Source: Selaginella moellendorffii
Taxonomy: Eukaryota; Plantae; Lycopodiophyta
Assembly: GCF_000143415.4 (NCBI RefSeq)
Contig: NW_003314272.1
Location: 2,753,728-2,817,727, forward strand
Direction: 5' to 3'
Length of the DNA: 64,000 bases
Part shown: piece after piece, positions 36,548 to 50,091 of the stretch
Layout: every line of letters begins with the position of its first letter
Position numbering within the stretch: position 1 is the first letter of the stretch
Made by a program: the position numbers and the translations under genes
Notes under the pieces: generated by a model
Told to the model about the DNA's origin: nothing
Databases searched by the model: none
What the model saw: the letters and a program-made list of their open reading frames with translations, nothing else

Positions 36548-38338
36548 TTAGAACACGGAGACTGGCTGGGAGCTTTGGACTACCGATGCCAGGGAAACGT
36601 AGACCGATCCATCCGAGGCGTTCAATCCGAGGATTCGCTTTGCCGCCCCGGCGCTGTACCGGGGATTCTTCTGCTTCTTGCACGTCTCGAGAAAGCAGCG
36701 CCACTGGAGAAGATCCGGCTCGAAGGGCATGTTGGCGATGAGATCTCGGGCAGCGTCGGCGTGCCCGGCCCGGCCCAGGAGATTGATCACGCAGCCGAAG
36801 TGGATCCTCTTGGCCGGGATCCCGAAATCTGCCACCATCGACACGAAGAGAGACTGGCCAATGCCGACGTCGCCCGCGTAGCACGACGCGAGGAGCGCGA
36901 TGATCCAGCTCGTTTCGTCCGGGGTCTCGAGGATCTTCATGGAGTCGAAGAGGGAGAAGGCATCGCTGGAACAGCCGCTGTTTGTGTAGCTGGCGAGCAT
37001 TGCGTTCCAGGATCCGATGCACGGGCTCGGCATTCGATCGAAGAACAGCCTCGCTCGATCAAGATGCCCGTTCTGGGCATAAGCGGAGAGCATGGCAGTC
37101 CACGAAATGCTGCTTTTCTCGGGAATTCTCTCGAAAGTTTCCATGGCTTCTCTCAAACACCGATTTTGGGCGAACGCAGTGAGGATTGTATTCCACGAAA
37201 CTGTGTTCCACTCAGGAGCGTTTCGAAACAAGAAACTAGCCTCTTCCAAATTCCCAGACTTGGCATTTGCAGCGATCATCGCGTTCCACGCCACGATGTT
37301 CTTCTCGGGCATAGCAGCGAACACTTTCTTCGCGCTTCTAAGTTGCGAGGATTGGATGTAGGCCGATATGATCGTATTCCACGAAACGGAGCTCCATTCT
37401 TGCATGGAATCAAACAGTTCCTTCGCTTTGTCACAATGCCCGTTCTGGGCATACCCCGAGAGGAGCGCGTTGGATGATATGAGATTTCTCTCGGGCATTT
37501 GATCAAAAACAAGTCTTGCACGAGCGATGTCGCCGCTCTGGGCAAACGCCGCCAGCATCGCGGTGTTTAGAGCGATTGTGTGTAGTGGGATAGATTCGAA
37601 CAAGCGCCGTGCTTCGTCCAAATGCCCGCTCTGGGCATAAACCCTAATCATCGCCGTCGAGGACGCTATGTCCCGCTCCGGGAGGCTCCAGAATAGATCC
37701 CTCGCCTCTTCCACGAGGCGGGCACTGCCCACCTCCGCGATCGCTACCAGCATCGCAGTGCACGAGATGAGATTCCTCTCGGGCATCCCCGCGAAGATCC
37801 TGGCGGTGTCGCTGAGGTTGCCATGGTGCGCGAATGCGAAGAGGAAGACACTCCAGGCCTGGATGTCTCGCTCCAACATCGCGCGGAAAATCTCCACGGC
37901 CTCGTCGAGGAGGCCGATCTGGGCCAATTCGCCCAGCATCGCGGTGGAGGAGACGAGATCCCACTCAGGCATCGAGTGGAAGATGCGCTGCGCGTCGGCG
38001 AAATGCCGGAGCTGGGCATTCGCGATCATCGCCGTCGTGTAGGAGACGAGGCTCCATTGCGGCATTGTGGGGAAGAACCGGGCGGCGTCGTCAAAGAGGG
38101 CATTGCGCGAGTAGGCCGCGAGCATGAAATCCCAGGAGTAGGAGTCCTTAAGAGGCAGCGAATCGAAGATCTCGCGAGCGGAGGACGCGCTGCCGCATCG
38201 CCCATACATCTCGATCAGCTTGTTCCACGCGAAAACATCGCGGATCGGGAAATGCGCGCGCGCACGGGTGTGGATCTCCTGCGCCGCGGGCAGGCTCGTG
38301 CACGATCGTATCAGCGCGAGGCATTCCCTGCGATCCAT
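36548..38338 (-). CDS. PLS-class PPR protein with degenerate E extension (596 aa, single exon)
   Basis: Tandem roughly 31-aa motifs; HFGCVINLLGRAG...MPFEPD. Confidence 0.95.
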   Translation of the reverse strand: MDRRECLALIRSCTSLPAAQEIHTRARAHFPIRDVFAWNKLIEMYGRCGSASSAREIFDSLPLKDSYSWDFMLAAYSRNALFDDAARFFPTMPQWSLVSYTTAMIANAQLRHFADAQRIFHSMPEWDLVSSTAMLGELAQIGLLDEAVEIFRAMLERDIQAWSVFLFAFAHHGNLSDTARIFAGMPERNLISCTAMLVAIAEVGSARLVEEARDLFWSLPERDIASSTAMIRVYAQSGHLDEARRLFESIPLHTIALNTAMLAAFAQSGDIARARLVFDQMPERNLISSNALLSGYAQNGHCDKAKELFDSMQEWSSVSWNTIISAYIQSSQLRSAKKVFAAMPEKNIVAWNAMIAANAKSGNLEEASFLFRNAPEWNTVSWNTILTAFAQNRCLREAMETFERIPEKSSISWTAMLSAYAQNGHLDRARLFFDRMPSPCIGSWNAMLASYTNSGCSSDAFSLFDSMKILETPDETSWIIALLASCYAGDVGIGQSLFVSMVADFGIPAKRIHFGCVINLLGRAGHADAARDLIANMPFEPDLLQWRCFLETCKKQKNPRYSAGAAKRILGLNASDGSVYVSLASVVQSSQPVSVF

Positions 38339-38684
38339 CGAACGGATTCATCGCTCGAGACCACGAAGAACCCTAAAATCAGGCATTTGTAGCATATCCG
38401 CGCCCGTGGATCGGACGGGTAGCGGTAGTTGGATCGGACGGCTGCCCGTGACGTGCATTCCAAGGGAAGAACAAAAGCACTGGCGCTGCGTGGAGTTTTC
38501 CTCCGTTGCTGCGAGGAGGCGGAGGCGAACGACGCGCTCTCCAATCATCCAGGTAGCGCGGCCGGCAAAGGATTTCTTGGAGATTCAAGCACAGATCCAG
38601 CTCCAGCACGCTTTTCTAGGGTATTTTCCTCCTTTCTAGGGCTATGGCGGGGGAATTTTGCTAGGCGGGCGAGCGGAGGCGAGG

Positions 38685-40569
38685 ATGGGCGACGTCAAGG
38701 GGCCTCGCAGTAGCAAATCCAAGGAGGGGGATCACAGGGATCCATACGATGTTCTCGGCGTCCCAAGAAATGCCACGGATCAGCAGATTAAGGCCGCGTA
38801 CCGGAAGATGGCTCTCAAGTAAGTTCTTGCCTCTGGTTTGCTTCTTTATGTTTTGATCTTTCCTTAGCTCTTCCATCCGTGACACAGGCTCCATCCAGAT
38901 AAGAACGCTGATAATCCTGAGGCCGCGGAGCTCTTCAAGGAAGTAGCCTTCTCTTACAGCATACTCTCGGACGTTGAGAAGAGGCGCCAGTATGACGCTG
39001 CTGGTTTCCAGGTGAGAATTTTCACTAGCTACGACTTCTTCTCTTTGGTGTTTTTTTTCTCTTGCAAGCTTGAAAGTCTAGCTTTCTAACATTATCGCTA
39101 CAGGCCGTGGAGCTTGACGGGCTTGAGGTGGACTTGTCGAATCTGGGAACTGTCAACACCATGTTTGCTGCGATTTTCAGGTGTGTGCCGTCCTGGATTG
39201 TGGAAAAAAAAGTATCAGCTTTGAGGTGGTGGGGATTTTGAATTTGGTTGTTTCTTTCGTTCGTTTTCTTGCAGCAAGTTGGGCGTCCCGATCAAGACGT
39301 CGATCTCACCGACTGTTTTGGAGGAAGCGCTCAATGAATCGGTTCAAATCAGACCGCTTTCTCTCGGCCAAGCTGTTCATGACAAGGTATATTTCTGTCG
39401 TTCCCGAAGATGATTGTTGACACGAGCTCATATCCAGGTGGAGAAGCAAGGAGCACACTTTTACGGTGTGTATCTCACGGATGCCCAAGCCGCGTCGGGA
39501 CTTGTTGTTCGTGTCTATTCCACAGCTCAAAGCAAGTTTAAGGTGCTTGTTCGTAGATTTTAAATTTCCAGCACTAACTTTACTTTGCGTAGCTTTTGTA
39601 TTTTGAGCCGGAGGAGAACGGGGGCCTCGGACTGGCTCTTCAGGTCTTTTGAAGTTTTTCTTAGCAATTTGCAATGTTCATTTGTATCGTTTCAGGAAGA
39701 TAGCACAAAGACTGGCAAGGTGACATCCGCTGGCATGTATTTTCTTCATTTCCAAGTGTACAGATTGGATACAACAATGAATGCGGTACGTAGCTTGCTT
39801 TCTTTCTTTTTCTTGTACTTAATGCACGCACTCTTTTTATTAGTTGGCAATGGCAAGGGATCCTGATACTGCATTCTTCAGGAGATTGGAAGGGCTTCAA
39901 CCATGCGAAGTTTTGGGATTGAGAGCCGGCTCACACGTTTTTGCCGTGTATGGTAGGCTGATGTGCCTTTTCTCGTCACTTTCGGGTTCGTGAATGCCTC
40001 GTGCATGCAGGTGACAATTTTTTCAAGAGTGCCAGTTACACCATCGAGGCAGTTTGCGCCGATTCGTTTAAAGACAACGCAGTGCAACTCCAGGAAATCG
40101 AGGACCAGATAATGGTGAAAAGGAACGAGCTACGCGATTTTGAAGCCGAGTACCGCGAGGTAGCTCTTTGTTTTTGTGGTTGGCTCGCGCTTAGATTACG
40201 TTCCTTTGTGCAGGCTTTGAACAGATTTACCGCAGTAACGCACAAGTATGGGGCTGAAAAAAGCGCTGTAAGTTTCCATAGTTCCTGTAGAGTTTTTTCC
40301 TCTTACGAGCGATGAACGCGCAGGTTGACATTCTCCTGAAGAACCGCGACAAAATCCACGCTTCGTTCTCGACTTCCAAGAAGCACGGAGCATCGAGCCA
40401 CAAAGTGAACATGGAAGAAAGCAATGGCAAGGACGAGAACTCGTCGTCGGCCACGGCATCGCCAGCGCGAGAAAAGGATAAAGACACAGACAAAGACACC
40501 ACCACTACTGGAAAGGAGAAATCAAAGAAAAAATGGTTTGGATTCAAGGACAAGAGATCGTCGGTGTAG
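38685..40569 (+). CDS. DnaJ protein of the ARG1/ARL (J15/J16) family, about 11 exons
   Basis: RDPYDVLGV...YRKMALK|[23 protein letters not shown]|[18 protein letters not shown]-terminal KKKWF. Confidence 0.92.
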
Positions 40570-40946
40570 AAAACAAATTACTATTCAGAAAGCGCGAGGA
40601 GATAAGCATTGTATTGATTGATTGGAGCAAATATTTTTACATCGTTTGGTCAAAAGATTTGGGAATCTATTGCCAGTACAATCTTGCCACGTTGCGGACA
40701 TGACCATCGCCACGAGGATAGCTCTTTGGGCCCCACGTGTATGGCTGAGATGGAAGGACTTTTACCAGAGGTATATATTTTAGGGCTCCTCCCGCGAGAT
40801 TTTATCTCTGGGGACCGCATTCTCGGATTCCAGGGCTCTTTCTCGTCCATTCGCTGCTGGCGCTGGAAGAATGCGGCAGTCTAGGCGGTGAGCGATAGAT
40901 TTCGGGATAGATTTGATCGAGAGGGGATTCAGGTCGGTGGCAGGCG

Positions 40947-43220
40947 ATGTCTTCCTTGGGGAAGATCATCAAGGACGACAAGCACCCGCTATGGCTGATC
41001 GATGCTATCATTCTCTCTGCCGTGGTCTATAGCAAGGACCCTGAGGAGGAGCTTCGTGCAATGAACGAGGCGTATGGCCTCCCTCCCTCCGCGCAGTACG
41101 AGTTCGTGCCCGAGGAGGAGCTGCGCGAAGCCGGGTTTGGGAATTGCCGGCAGACGCTCGTCGTGGTGAGGAGCTTGACCGGGAAGCACGTCATTGCAGC
41201 GTTCCGGGGTACGTTCGATGTGAGCGACGCGCTCACGGATCTCAAGTTTATCCATCGCACGCTCAGCCTCGGCCCCGGCGCCGCGCATGCTGGGTTTTTG
41301 GACAGGGCCAAGACTATTCCACTGGACTATTTCCGGAGGTTGCTTATTCGAGGCGAGAACTTGGTGCTGGCCGGGCATTCCTTGGGTGGCGCTGTCGCCT
41401 CGCTGCTGGGATTGCGTCTGCTGGAGGCCACCGGACGATGGTGTCACCAACAGGTACTCTACTCTGCCAAATTTTCTCTTTTTTTTTTTTCTTATCAATC
41501 GTTCCTTAGCTTGTTTCTTTTCGCGGTTTTGTTTGATCAATCGTTGTTTCGTTGGGTCTTATTTTCTGCTTCGTGGTTTCGGTTTTTTTTTATCAATGGT
41601 TCTTTAGCTTGTTTCCATTCGTTGTTTCGATGTGGTTTTTTTTTCTTCGGTGGTTCTTGGTTTTCTACTAAGTGGTTTTTGTGATCACTCGTTCCTTAGC
41701 TTGTTTCTTTTCGCGGTTTTGTTTGATCAATCGTTGTTTCGTTGGGTCTTATTTTCTGCTTCGTGGTTTCGGTTTTGTTTGATCAATGGTTCTTTAGCTT
41801 GTTTCCATTCGTTGTTTCGATGTGGTTTTGTTTTATCAATCTTTCTTCCGTTGGGTCTTAGTTTCTACTTCGTGGTTTTGGTTTTGTATGATCAATGCTT
41901 CTTAGCTTGTTTCTTCTCGTTTTTCGTAGTTTCGACACGTCACTTCTTCTTTTTGTTACTGTATCCTGTGTAGATGGTCCTTACACTTTTTGCTTTTCTC
42001 CTTCGCTTTGTCCGTTTTCTACTCGTCTGACTGTTGTTCCTGCCGGTCTTTTTGTTCTCTTTCAACGATACTCTCCTGCTCCTGCCTCACACACTTTGTG
42101 TCTTGTCCTTGTACAGCTCCAGTGTTATACGTTCGGGTGTCCGTTCTTCGCCGACTACAGCCTCGCGAGGCACATCAACGTGAACTACAAGCGCCACTTT
42201 GTGCACATTGTTTCTCGTGACGACATCGTGCCCAAGGTGATGCCAGTGGCTTACATGATCTACTCAATGTGGGCAGGCTTGCAAGCTGGTCCTCTCCAGG
42301 AAGTCATGCATCTCGGCAACCTCGCGTTTATGGCAGGCCAGCTTGTAATGCGGCGTAAGAACTACAAAGTGAGGATCTTCACAGTCTGTGCGCAAGCCAT
42401 AGCCTGGTTCCCTGGCCTGTTGCGCATTGTACTTCACCGAGCTCTGGCGCTTGCACTGTCGCACCAGTCAGGATATGGATACTACTTTGCCGGGAAGATG
42501 GTACTTCTGGATCCCGACAAAAGCGCCGTGGAGTATGTCGATCAGGATTGCTGGACGGTCAGGCACCACCTCAACTTCCACTTGGGCGCGATCAACGTCG
42601 ACGTTGTGAAGGGCCACAGCCTTTTGAGCTACATCGACAACGTCTTTGCGATCCAGTCCACCGAGATCGCTGCGGCCTCTGCCACGCTGCAAAAGCCAAG
42701 CGGTTCCAAGGTGGAGGTGTGCACAGCGTCGCTCAACATGCAGTTGTACAGTAAAAGCTCCTCCAGCTCCAGCTCGGTGCCCGTGAAGAGGAAGTCGCTG
42801 TGCATGATGGACACACTCGAGGAGGTGAGCGATGAGTCGTCGTCGTCGTCGTCGGAGCAGGAGCCGCAGAAGCGGCATTATCGCCATTACGTGAAGACTC
42901 GCGTAGGGACCTCTCAAACGGGGGCGGGGGATGGCATTCCCAGGCTGCTGCAACGGACCAAGACGGGGCAGAAGAAACAGAAGCACGCCAAGAGGGCCTT
43001 CAGGAGCAAGGTGGCGTGCCTCATCTTCGCGAGACGCATGCAAGAGGCGTCGTCCACCGCATACATACAGCGACAGGAGAGAAGGCGACCGTTCATGCGG
43101 TTTCTCGTCATCAACCTGGGGAGAGTGTCGAGATTCGCGCACCAGTTCGATTTCCTCTTCGTCTGCTCCTCCTTGTTCTACGTTGGCGTCCAAGTCCACA
43201 AGCTGTGGAGAGGCAAATGA
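40947..43220 (+). CDS. Lipase class 3 (alpha/beta hydrolase) protein, 2 exons
   Basis: IAAFRGT, AHAGF, AGHSLGG; after the intron CYTFGCP, DDIVP and HSLLSY catalytic motifs. Confidence 0.88.
41499..41880. repeat. About 190-bp T-rich tandem duplication within the lipase intron
   Basis: TCGTTCCTTAGCTTGTTTCTTTTCGCGGTTTTGTTTGATCAATCG... at about 41499 and 41690. Confidence 0.85.
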
Positions 43221-44458
43221 TCTCCCTTCTCTTGGTTTCCTGGTAAGCAGTAGCTCTTTTCTTCTTCGAAGATGTTTTGTTTGTTCTTCTGACAGCGTTT
43301 CTCTCGCCTCCAGACTTTGACTTGTGATTGCAAGCGCAAACACAATTGTCTCGCTTAGACTAAGGTATGTGGTTATCAGCGAAGATGGATTATCGCCTAA
43401 CAATTCCGTGCCTCTGTACCAGGTCACAATCCATTTGATTAGTTTCGAAGTTGGCCGCAGAGCAAAACAGAAAAAATGCCAGTTTGGAGGGGTGCTGGCT
43501 GAGTAAAGATGAGAGCCCTGACTCTCACACACTATAAATGTGACGAGAGAGGGGGGGGGGGAGGAGGAGGAGGAGGCTGGCTCAATCAAAATCAAGCACA
43601 CCACAAGCACTGGCCGCGGCTGCGCACACAAGGACAAAGGCCCCGCCGCAGACGAAAAAAGCGTCGGAACGACGACCCCAGTTTCGGCTCCACGGCGGCC
43701 CAGCAGGGAAATGGAGGCCCGCGCCTCTGCTGCAACTCTGTGCTTCCTGGCGAGATCTCGACAAAAGCAAATATCAAGACGTGCTCGCTCTTCGCGCCAG
43801 GTTCTCTCATTCCAAGCACACACTAGCTTACGCATCTCTTTCCTTCCTTTCCCACTCACAGTACGTGGGCCAGTTTAGTTCGCTTGCTCTTAACGATTGT
43901 ATGGCCTTACTCTTTTGTATCCATTCTCTCCAGTGATCTCGCTCGAGCCATAGAATCGTCAAGAGAAAACACGAGGACAAAGAAAAGGATTAAGAGCGAA
44001 TGGATACACTACTTAAATGCCGCAAAAAAAAAAAAAACCAAACTGGAGAAACCAGATTAAAGCCAAAAAGAGAGAAGATTCGTGGAGTACAACGCACAGC
44101 TCTTTTGCTTTCCAAGCATATGCATATAACCTCCATGGAGAAATGATACCGCAAGTTTGTTTCCCTTTCCTACCACTGCTGCCGCTTGATTCACTGCGAA
44201 GTTAAAAAGGAGAAAAAGAATATATAAGCTTCCATGCCTTCTTCTTCTTCAATCGTAAGTTCGTAAGTTTCGTTGTGTCTGTGTCTGTGTGTTTGTGCCC
44301 AGCCAAGCTATTGTCTTCTCTAAAAAAACAGTCCCCGCAAACCAATTGTCAGAGAGAATTAGACCACTGCGTGCGCTTGCCTTGCGCTCTTCCGGAGGAG
44401 AAGGAAGAGCCCCCCAGCGCAGGCCCCCCTGCCCCTGTGTTCCCAGTCCCCCAATCCA

Positions 44459-44597
44459 TCACCCGTTCGGCAGCGGTATGTTGATATCTGTGTCACGCCG
44501 CGGCTCCGCGAGCGTCTGGCTACTCGACCATCCTCCTAAGCTGCCCATCCCCTGGACCGAGTGCTGTGAGTGCTGCGAGTGCTGCAACAGGCTGCCT

Positions 44598-44629
<32 letters not shown>

Positions 44630-44856
44630 ACCAGCGCCACCACCAGCGCCACCACCAGGACCACCACCAGCGCCGCTGCTCTGCTGTTCCATGTGAGGAC
44701 TATCCGGGCTCCTCGCCCCTGACTCGTTCTTGGTTGGCCTCTGCATGGATCCGGAGGCGGAGGCGCCCTGCGGGCTGTCCATGGCCCGCAATGGCACAGA
44801 CTTGCGCGTGTCCGCAATGAAGCTCCCTACAACCACCTGCAAGGGAGTGAGAAAGG

Positions 44857-44889
<33 letters not shown>

Positions 44890-46219
44890 CAATGAGAAAG
44901 AAAAGAAACAGCTATCCATATCCATCAGGTTCAAGCCTCTTTAAGCACACACAGCACACAAGGAGCAGTAGCCGCCATTAAATGAGAGAGAACTACTACT
45001 AACCTGAACGGGAGTGGCAGCCATGAGAAGCCCGGCGACTCCACCGCCAACGACGCGTCCATCTGGTCCGGCCAGGGACACGCTCAGACCGCCTGTTCTG
45101 CTTCGCGTGCCCCCGCTTTCGGTGAGGAGGAAAGATCCTGACAGGGAGAGGATCTCGAAACGACCCTGCAACACCTCCCAATTTGGAACTTCGGAATTGG
45201 CAATCGCAAAACAAGCGAGAGATGAACAGCGAAGTAGCTCACTCACCTCGTATGTCACAGTGCCACCAGAAGTAGCCGGTTGACGAAGCGTAACATTTGA
45301 AATGGCACCGTTGGCGGACAGAACACAGACTGCCCGGGGTCCAGTTTGCGAGAAAGACATGATTTTGGTGGCAACATCCTGGAGCAAAAAGAAAAAACGA
45401 AATAAAAAATAAAAAATCAAGCTTAGATTTCGGATAGAGAGAGAGATATCTTCTTCCTTTTTTTTCTCACCTCTCCAGCAGCGATCGTGATGACATGAGG
45501 AGTGAAGCCTTGTCCAGCGGAGCCTGTAAGTAATGCCGGGTGTTATAGACCAAGCCGTATATGTATCAAAACTATACGACAATGAACAGAGAAAACTAGT
45601 AAAAGAAATGCAAGAAAAAGAAGAGGGATAGGATGGATAGAGCAACGAACGTACCAAGAGCTGCAAGTTGCTGCTTTTTCCCAGACCCGGGAGGCCGGCC
45701 TCTCCTTTTCTCTGTGGGAGTGGTAGTGACCGATGATATCGGGCTGACGGAGGAGAGAGGCGTGAGCGCGAGCGACACACTGCTGCTGCCACTGGCACCG
45801 TCTCCATACTTCCTGGGCCTCCCCCGCTTCCTCTTGACAGGCTCCCCAGGCCGGACGCTACCCACAACGCCGCCGCCCATCACCCCGCCGCTGCCACCGC
45901 CGCTGCCGCCGCCACCACCACCGCCGCCGCCACCGCCGAGCTGCTGTGGTACGAGAGCCATGCCATCGCCAGGATAGCCGCCGGGCGCTTGCCCGGAGGG
46001 ATTAGGGCTGGCGATGGAGGCCGGGCGGAGCCCCGATGAAGCATGCAAGCCGGGGGGCGATGGGAGGTGATGAATGCCGGGAGGAATCGGGCCGCGCTGG
46101 AGAATGGCGGAGAAGGATGGAGCTTGCTGCGCGGCGGCCATGGAGTGGTGCTGCTGGTGCTGCTGGTGCTGCTGGAGATTGGAGGGCGAGAGCCCAGATG
46201 GGGGCTCCCTCCCTTCCAT
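44459..46219 (-). CDS. AT-hook motif nuclear-localised protein (AHL; two AT-hooks plus PPC/DUF296), 5 exons
   Basis: KRKRGRPRKY, KRRGRPPGSGKKQ, GRFEILSLSGSF, QVVVGSF. Confidence 0.95.
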
Positions 46220-47581
46220 GCCGTAGAGTGATCTCAGGAGGTCGCCTTCCCCTCTCCACCGCTGCTTATCGTAGCCTTCCAGCGCGAAATATTTCCCTTT
46301 GCCGCCGCCAAGACGAAGAAGAAGCGCGAGCGCGAAATATTTGGATGTAGCGCCGCGCTGCCAATCGAGGAGGAAGAAGAAGGAGAAAAAGAAAGCTTCC
46401 TCCTTCCTCTTCTTGCTAGAGCGAAGAATCGCCGGAGAGGAGAAAGAAATCCCGTCGCTCGCCCGCTGCTCCTTGATCTATGCCGGGCATTTAGAAGAGG
46501 AGAGTATCACATTTCTCGGCGCCGCGCTCCTCACAAGATCGCCCGCTCATGCCAATGCCGGTTGCGCTGCTCCATGCCGCCGCCTTGCATTCTAGCCCCG
46601 CGATTGAAAAACCCTAGCCCCGCCCACGGCCAAACGGATTGGGTCTGCGCAAGAAAATCCCCCTCTTCCCTCGTCCGATGGAAGAATGGAACCAAAACAA
46701 ACACACGCTCCACCGATCGATCGCGTCGCGACCGGTTGAATCGCGCTGCAACGGATATCTCGGAGCGCTGGCCCGGGCGCGCGCGCGCGCGCTCGCTCAA
46801 GAACCCTAAAGCGAGGCAAGGGCGCTTCCTTTGCTCGCTTCAAAGATTTTCACACTCACTTCCCTCTCCAAAAAAAAGAAAAGAAAAAAGAAAAACGAAA
46901 CTAAAACGAGAAATGTAAAAGAAAACCCCTTTCTGTTTGAGAGCTAATGAACTGAAATTTAGAAAAAAAGGCCACCATTAGATCCACCCCCAGCCCTATT
47001 CTTATTATGAAACCAAGAGATCGATCGATCAATCCAGTCGCTATTATTAACCGCGGTAACTTTGCAATCGCTAGAAATTTATTAACGGCCAAAGTACATC
47101 CTCCACGCGTACTTCCCTGCGCGCTTGCAATGTTTGACCGACTCTTATCAACCGGCCGCCGCGAGATTATTCGCGGGGATATTCCCCATCTAACGGTTGG
47201 GAAGAATATGCCCCCGTGCGCTGACCTGGCATGTTATCTCCGCCACGTCACCAGGGAACGCCCAATGGGAGCGCGGGGTTGATCCCCATCATCCATCCGT
47301 TCCCTATCCCCATAATGGCCACCCATTTGCCATCCAGTATATTTTTTACCGAGGAGGAAATACGCGTGGTGATACGGCATACGAATATCGCGTGCGTAGA
47401 GAGATAACAATAATGTCCAAAGAATGACGTACAGGAACAACAATAAAAAATACTTGCGATTCTCTTGTTTTTCTCTTTTGTATACACGACGACGAGCACG
47501 AACACCACCACCACGTTAAAAAAATTATGAATAGCGGATAGAAGTTCCTTATCTTTTTCTCGGCTTTGGACGAGCGCGCTA

Positions 47582-50091
47582 TCATCTTCCAGTTGCTGCC
47601 GCCGCTGCAATTTGCCTGCTTCGATTCGCGATCGTTCTCGGCTTCTGATCAGCGCCCAATCCCTTCTCGCCATTTACTTCCAGGTCATGCCTGCGGGGTT
47701 TCGATCGGATAAGTTTCCATGCCAGACAAAGGAAGATAAAATTGCAAAGCAGCAGCGAGAGAAAGAGAAAAAATTATCTTACTGGAACACGAAATCTGGG
47801 ATGGTCAACTGGTCGCGTGGAACAAACTGAAAAAGATCTAGCAACCGCTCCACATAAACAACCTTTTTCCATACCTGAAAGGGGCAAAACAACAAGAACA
47901 GGCATTATTTACTCAATGATGATGTGAAAAATCGCTTTTTTTTTTTTTTTTACCTCTTGATCGACTAACAGCTGCAACGCTAAAATCGCTGTCTTCAATC
48001 CTACTGTAGGATGCAGGACATAAATTGCCTGCAAGAAGACGTAGATGGTATCATAATTACCAGCTGAGAAGAATGAAAGCATAGCAGAACATACATTGAG
48101 ATTGCGCTTATGCCTGCGGCCCAGAATTTGCTGGATTCGCTTTATCCATCCTAAATCCGGCACCCTGGAGGCATCATTTACAATGATTAGTGACGCAAAG
48201 AACGCTTGCCGACGCAACTCACGCTTGTAGAGACGCCGCGGAGTGAATATAAACTATCGTGTATGACCTTTGGATGACAGGCTCAAACTCCTGCGAAAAA
48301 TTTACAAGAGCTCGTAACAGCGAGAATAAAAAGTTATTTGTGCGCTTACCTTGACAACGTAGAGAATAAACCGCTCTAGATCGAGACACCGAAGTAGAAA
48401 ATGCGCTCCTACAACGACAATCACTGGCTTGCCATCCGCGTCCACACCAGCACGGTATCTGCATGTCATACCCGTTGTATCAGCGTTGCTGTTCTAGATA
48501 GAGCTCTTACTGGTGCCTTACATAATCTTCATTTCTGCTACCTCAGTGAGATTGATCACGTTTGCTCTCGCCAGATAACGGGCATGGATTGCATTCTCTT
48601 CCGAAAGCGACAATGGTGCAGTGTTAAGTGATCCCAATCCCATCCATTTCATCCACGCCCAGCCTCCTTGAGCCTGTGCTATTTTCTCCCACTGTTCCTG
48701 CCTTCTCTGATCGGGATCCTTCGTCATGGACATAAACGCAGGGTCGACCAGTGCGTCCAACGATTCGTTCCTGTGCACAGAAGAGCACATTAAACTTCAA
48801 ACGAGTAAACAAATGATAGAACCTTTTAACTGCTACTGCTCGATAGTTATTGATGCCATTTTCTAGCGAGCTTGGAGCCCATTCGGATGAAGGCAGCGCA
48901 GAGATCCTAATCTTGCGCTCGGTTATAATCGTTTCTCCGTTCTCGTCTCCAACGTCAGCAGGAAGCTTCACGCTCGCAACATCTTCTTCGTACTTATCTC
49001 TTGGAAAATAGAGTGGAAGTAACCTGTAACAGCCTATGGAAATATAAATACCAGCAAACGGTTTAAATCATCAGAAGAAATACTTCACCTTCTGTAAATC
49101 TCTGCATCCGTGGACGTTGTCATACAGAACACGATACCGGTGATTTTGGTCCCGTGTTTCTCCATAAATCTACGCACCGTGCCTGTTCAGGCCCCAGAAG
49201 TTAAGATCATATTTGACCCCGATAGCGAGCACTTCAACTTACGAATTGCAACATGCGCAGCAGGTTCACGGGGATAGCCTTTGGTTTCAGAATAAATACA
49301 GCCCATCGCAATGCTAAGAACAAAAAAGAAAAAACTCAAACAGTGAGGTTTGAGATAACAAACTTACCTTTCAAGGTCGTGCTCGATTAGGAGCTCAAGA
49401 CAAGACCTATAGCAATGACTAAGGGCATTTTCAGCAGCTGTGTGATACTTCACAGCGTATCGAGGACCCACAGTGTGAATGACACGCCTAGAGAAAAAGC
49501 GTACTATGATCATGCACAAAATGATGTGATTTCCAAGTACCTAGCGGGTAAATCATACGCGCTGGTGATCTTCGCCATTCCAGTTCTGCAGCCACCCTGA
49601 TAAAACTCGCTCCAAACGTTTCACTAATCCGGAAACAAAATGCAAAGATAGATGGAAATCTTACCAGACTCGAGCACTCCTCCGCAAGCCCCGGTCCAGC
49701 AGCAGCATGTAGTCCAGGACTGCTATGAGCTTCATCTAAATTCTAGAACATCCCAAAATTTCAAGCTCGTGAGCAAAACCACAAAACTTAAACTTGCCTC
49801 GTTAGTAGAATTCACCACCGCATCGACTTCCAGGTTCCAGGGAACACCTTTCCAGATATACAGCTTCCCATTGATGCTGTGATCAATCCCAAACTTGGAG
49901 ACCTTCTGGCCACTGCTCCCGGACAGCGGGTCGAAATTCCTCTGAGCGGCATCATCCAATCCGTCCCCCACACTGCTGCGCTGCTCGACATCGCTCCAGC
50001 ACGGCACCTGGTCCAGCTTCACCACCGCCCCAGCTCCATTCCCACTGCCCGGGCCGCCGCGCGAGCCACCGCTGCTGACCCGGCTATACAT
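47582..50091 (-). CDS. GDAP2 homolog (Macro/Appr-1-p domain plus CRAL-TRIO), multi-exon
   Basis: WNLEVDAVVNSTNE, GCRTGMAK, VIHTVGP, IYVLHPTVGLK, QLTIPDFVFQHDLEVNG. Confidence 0.92.
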
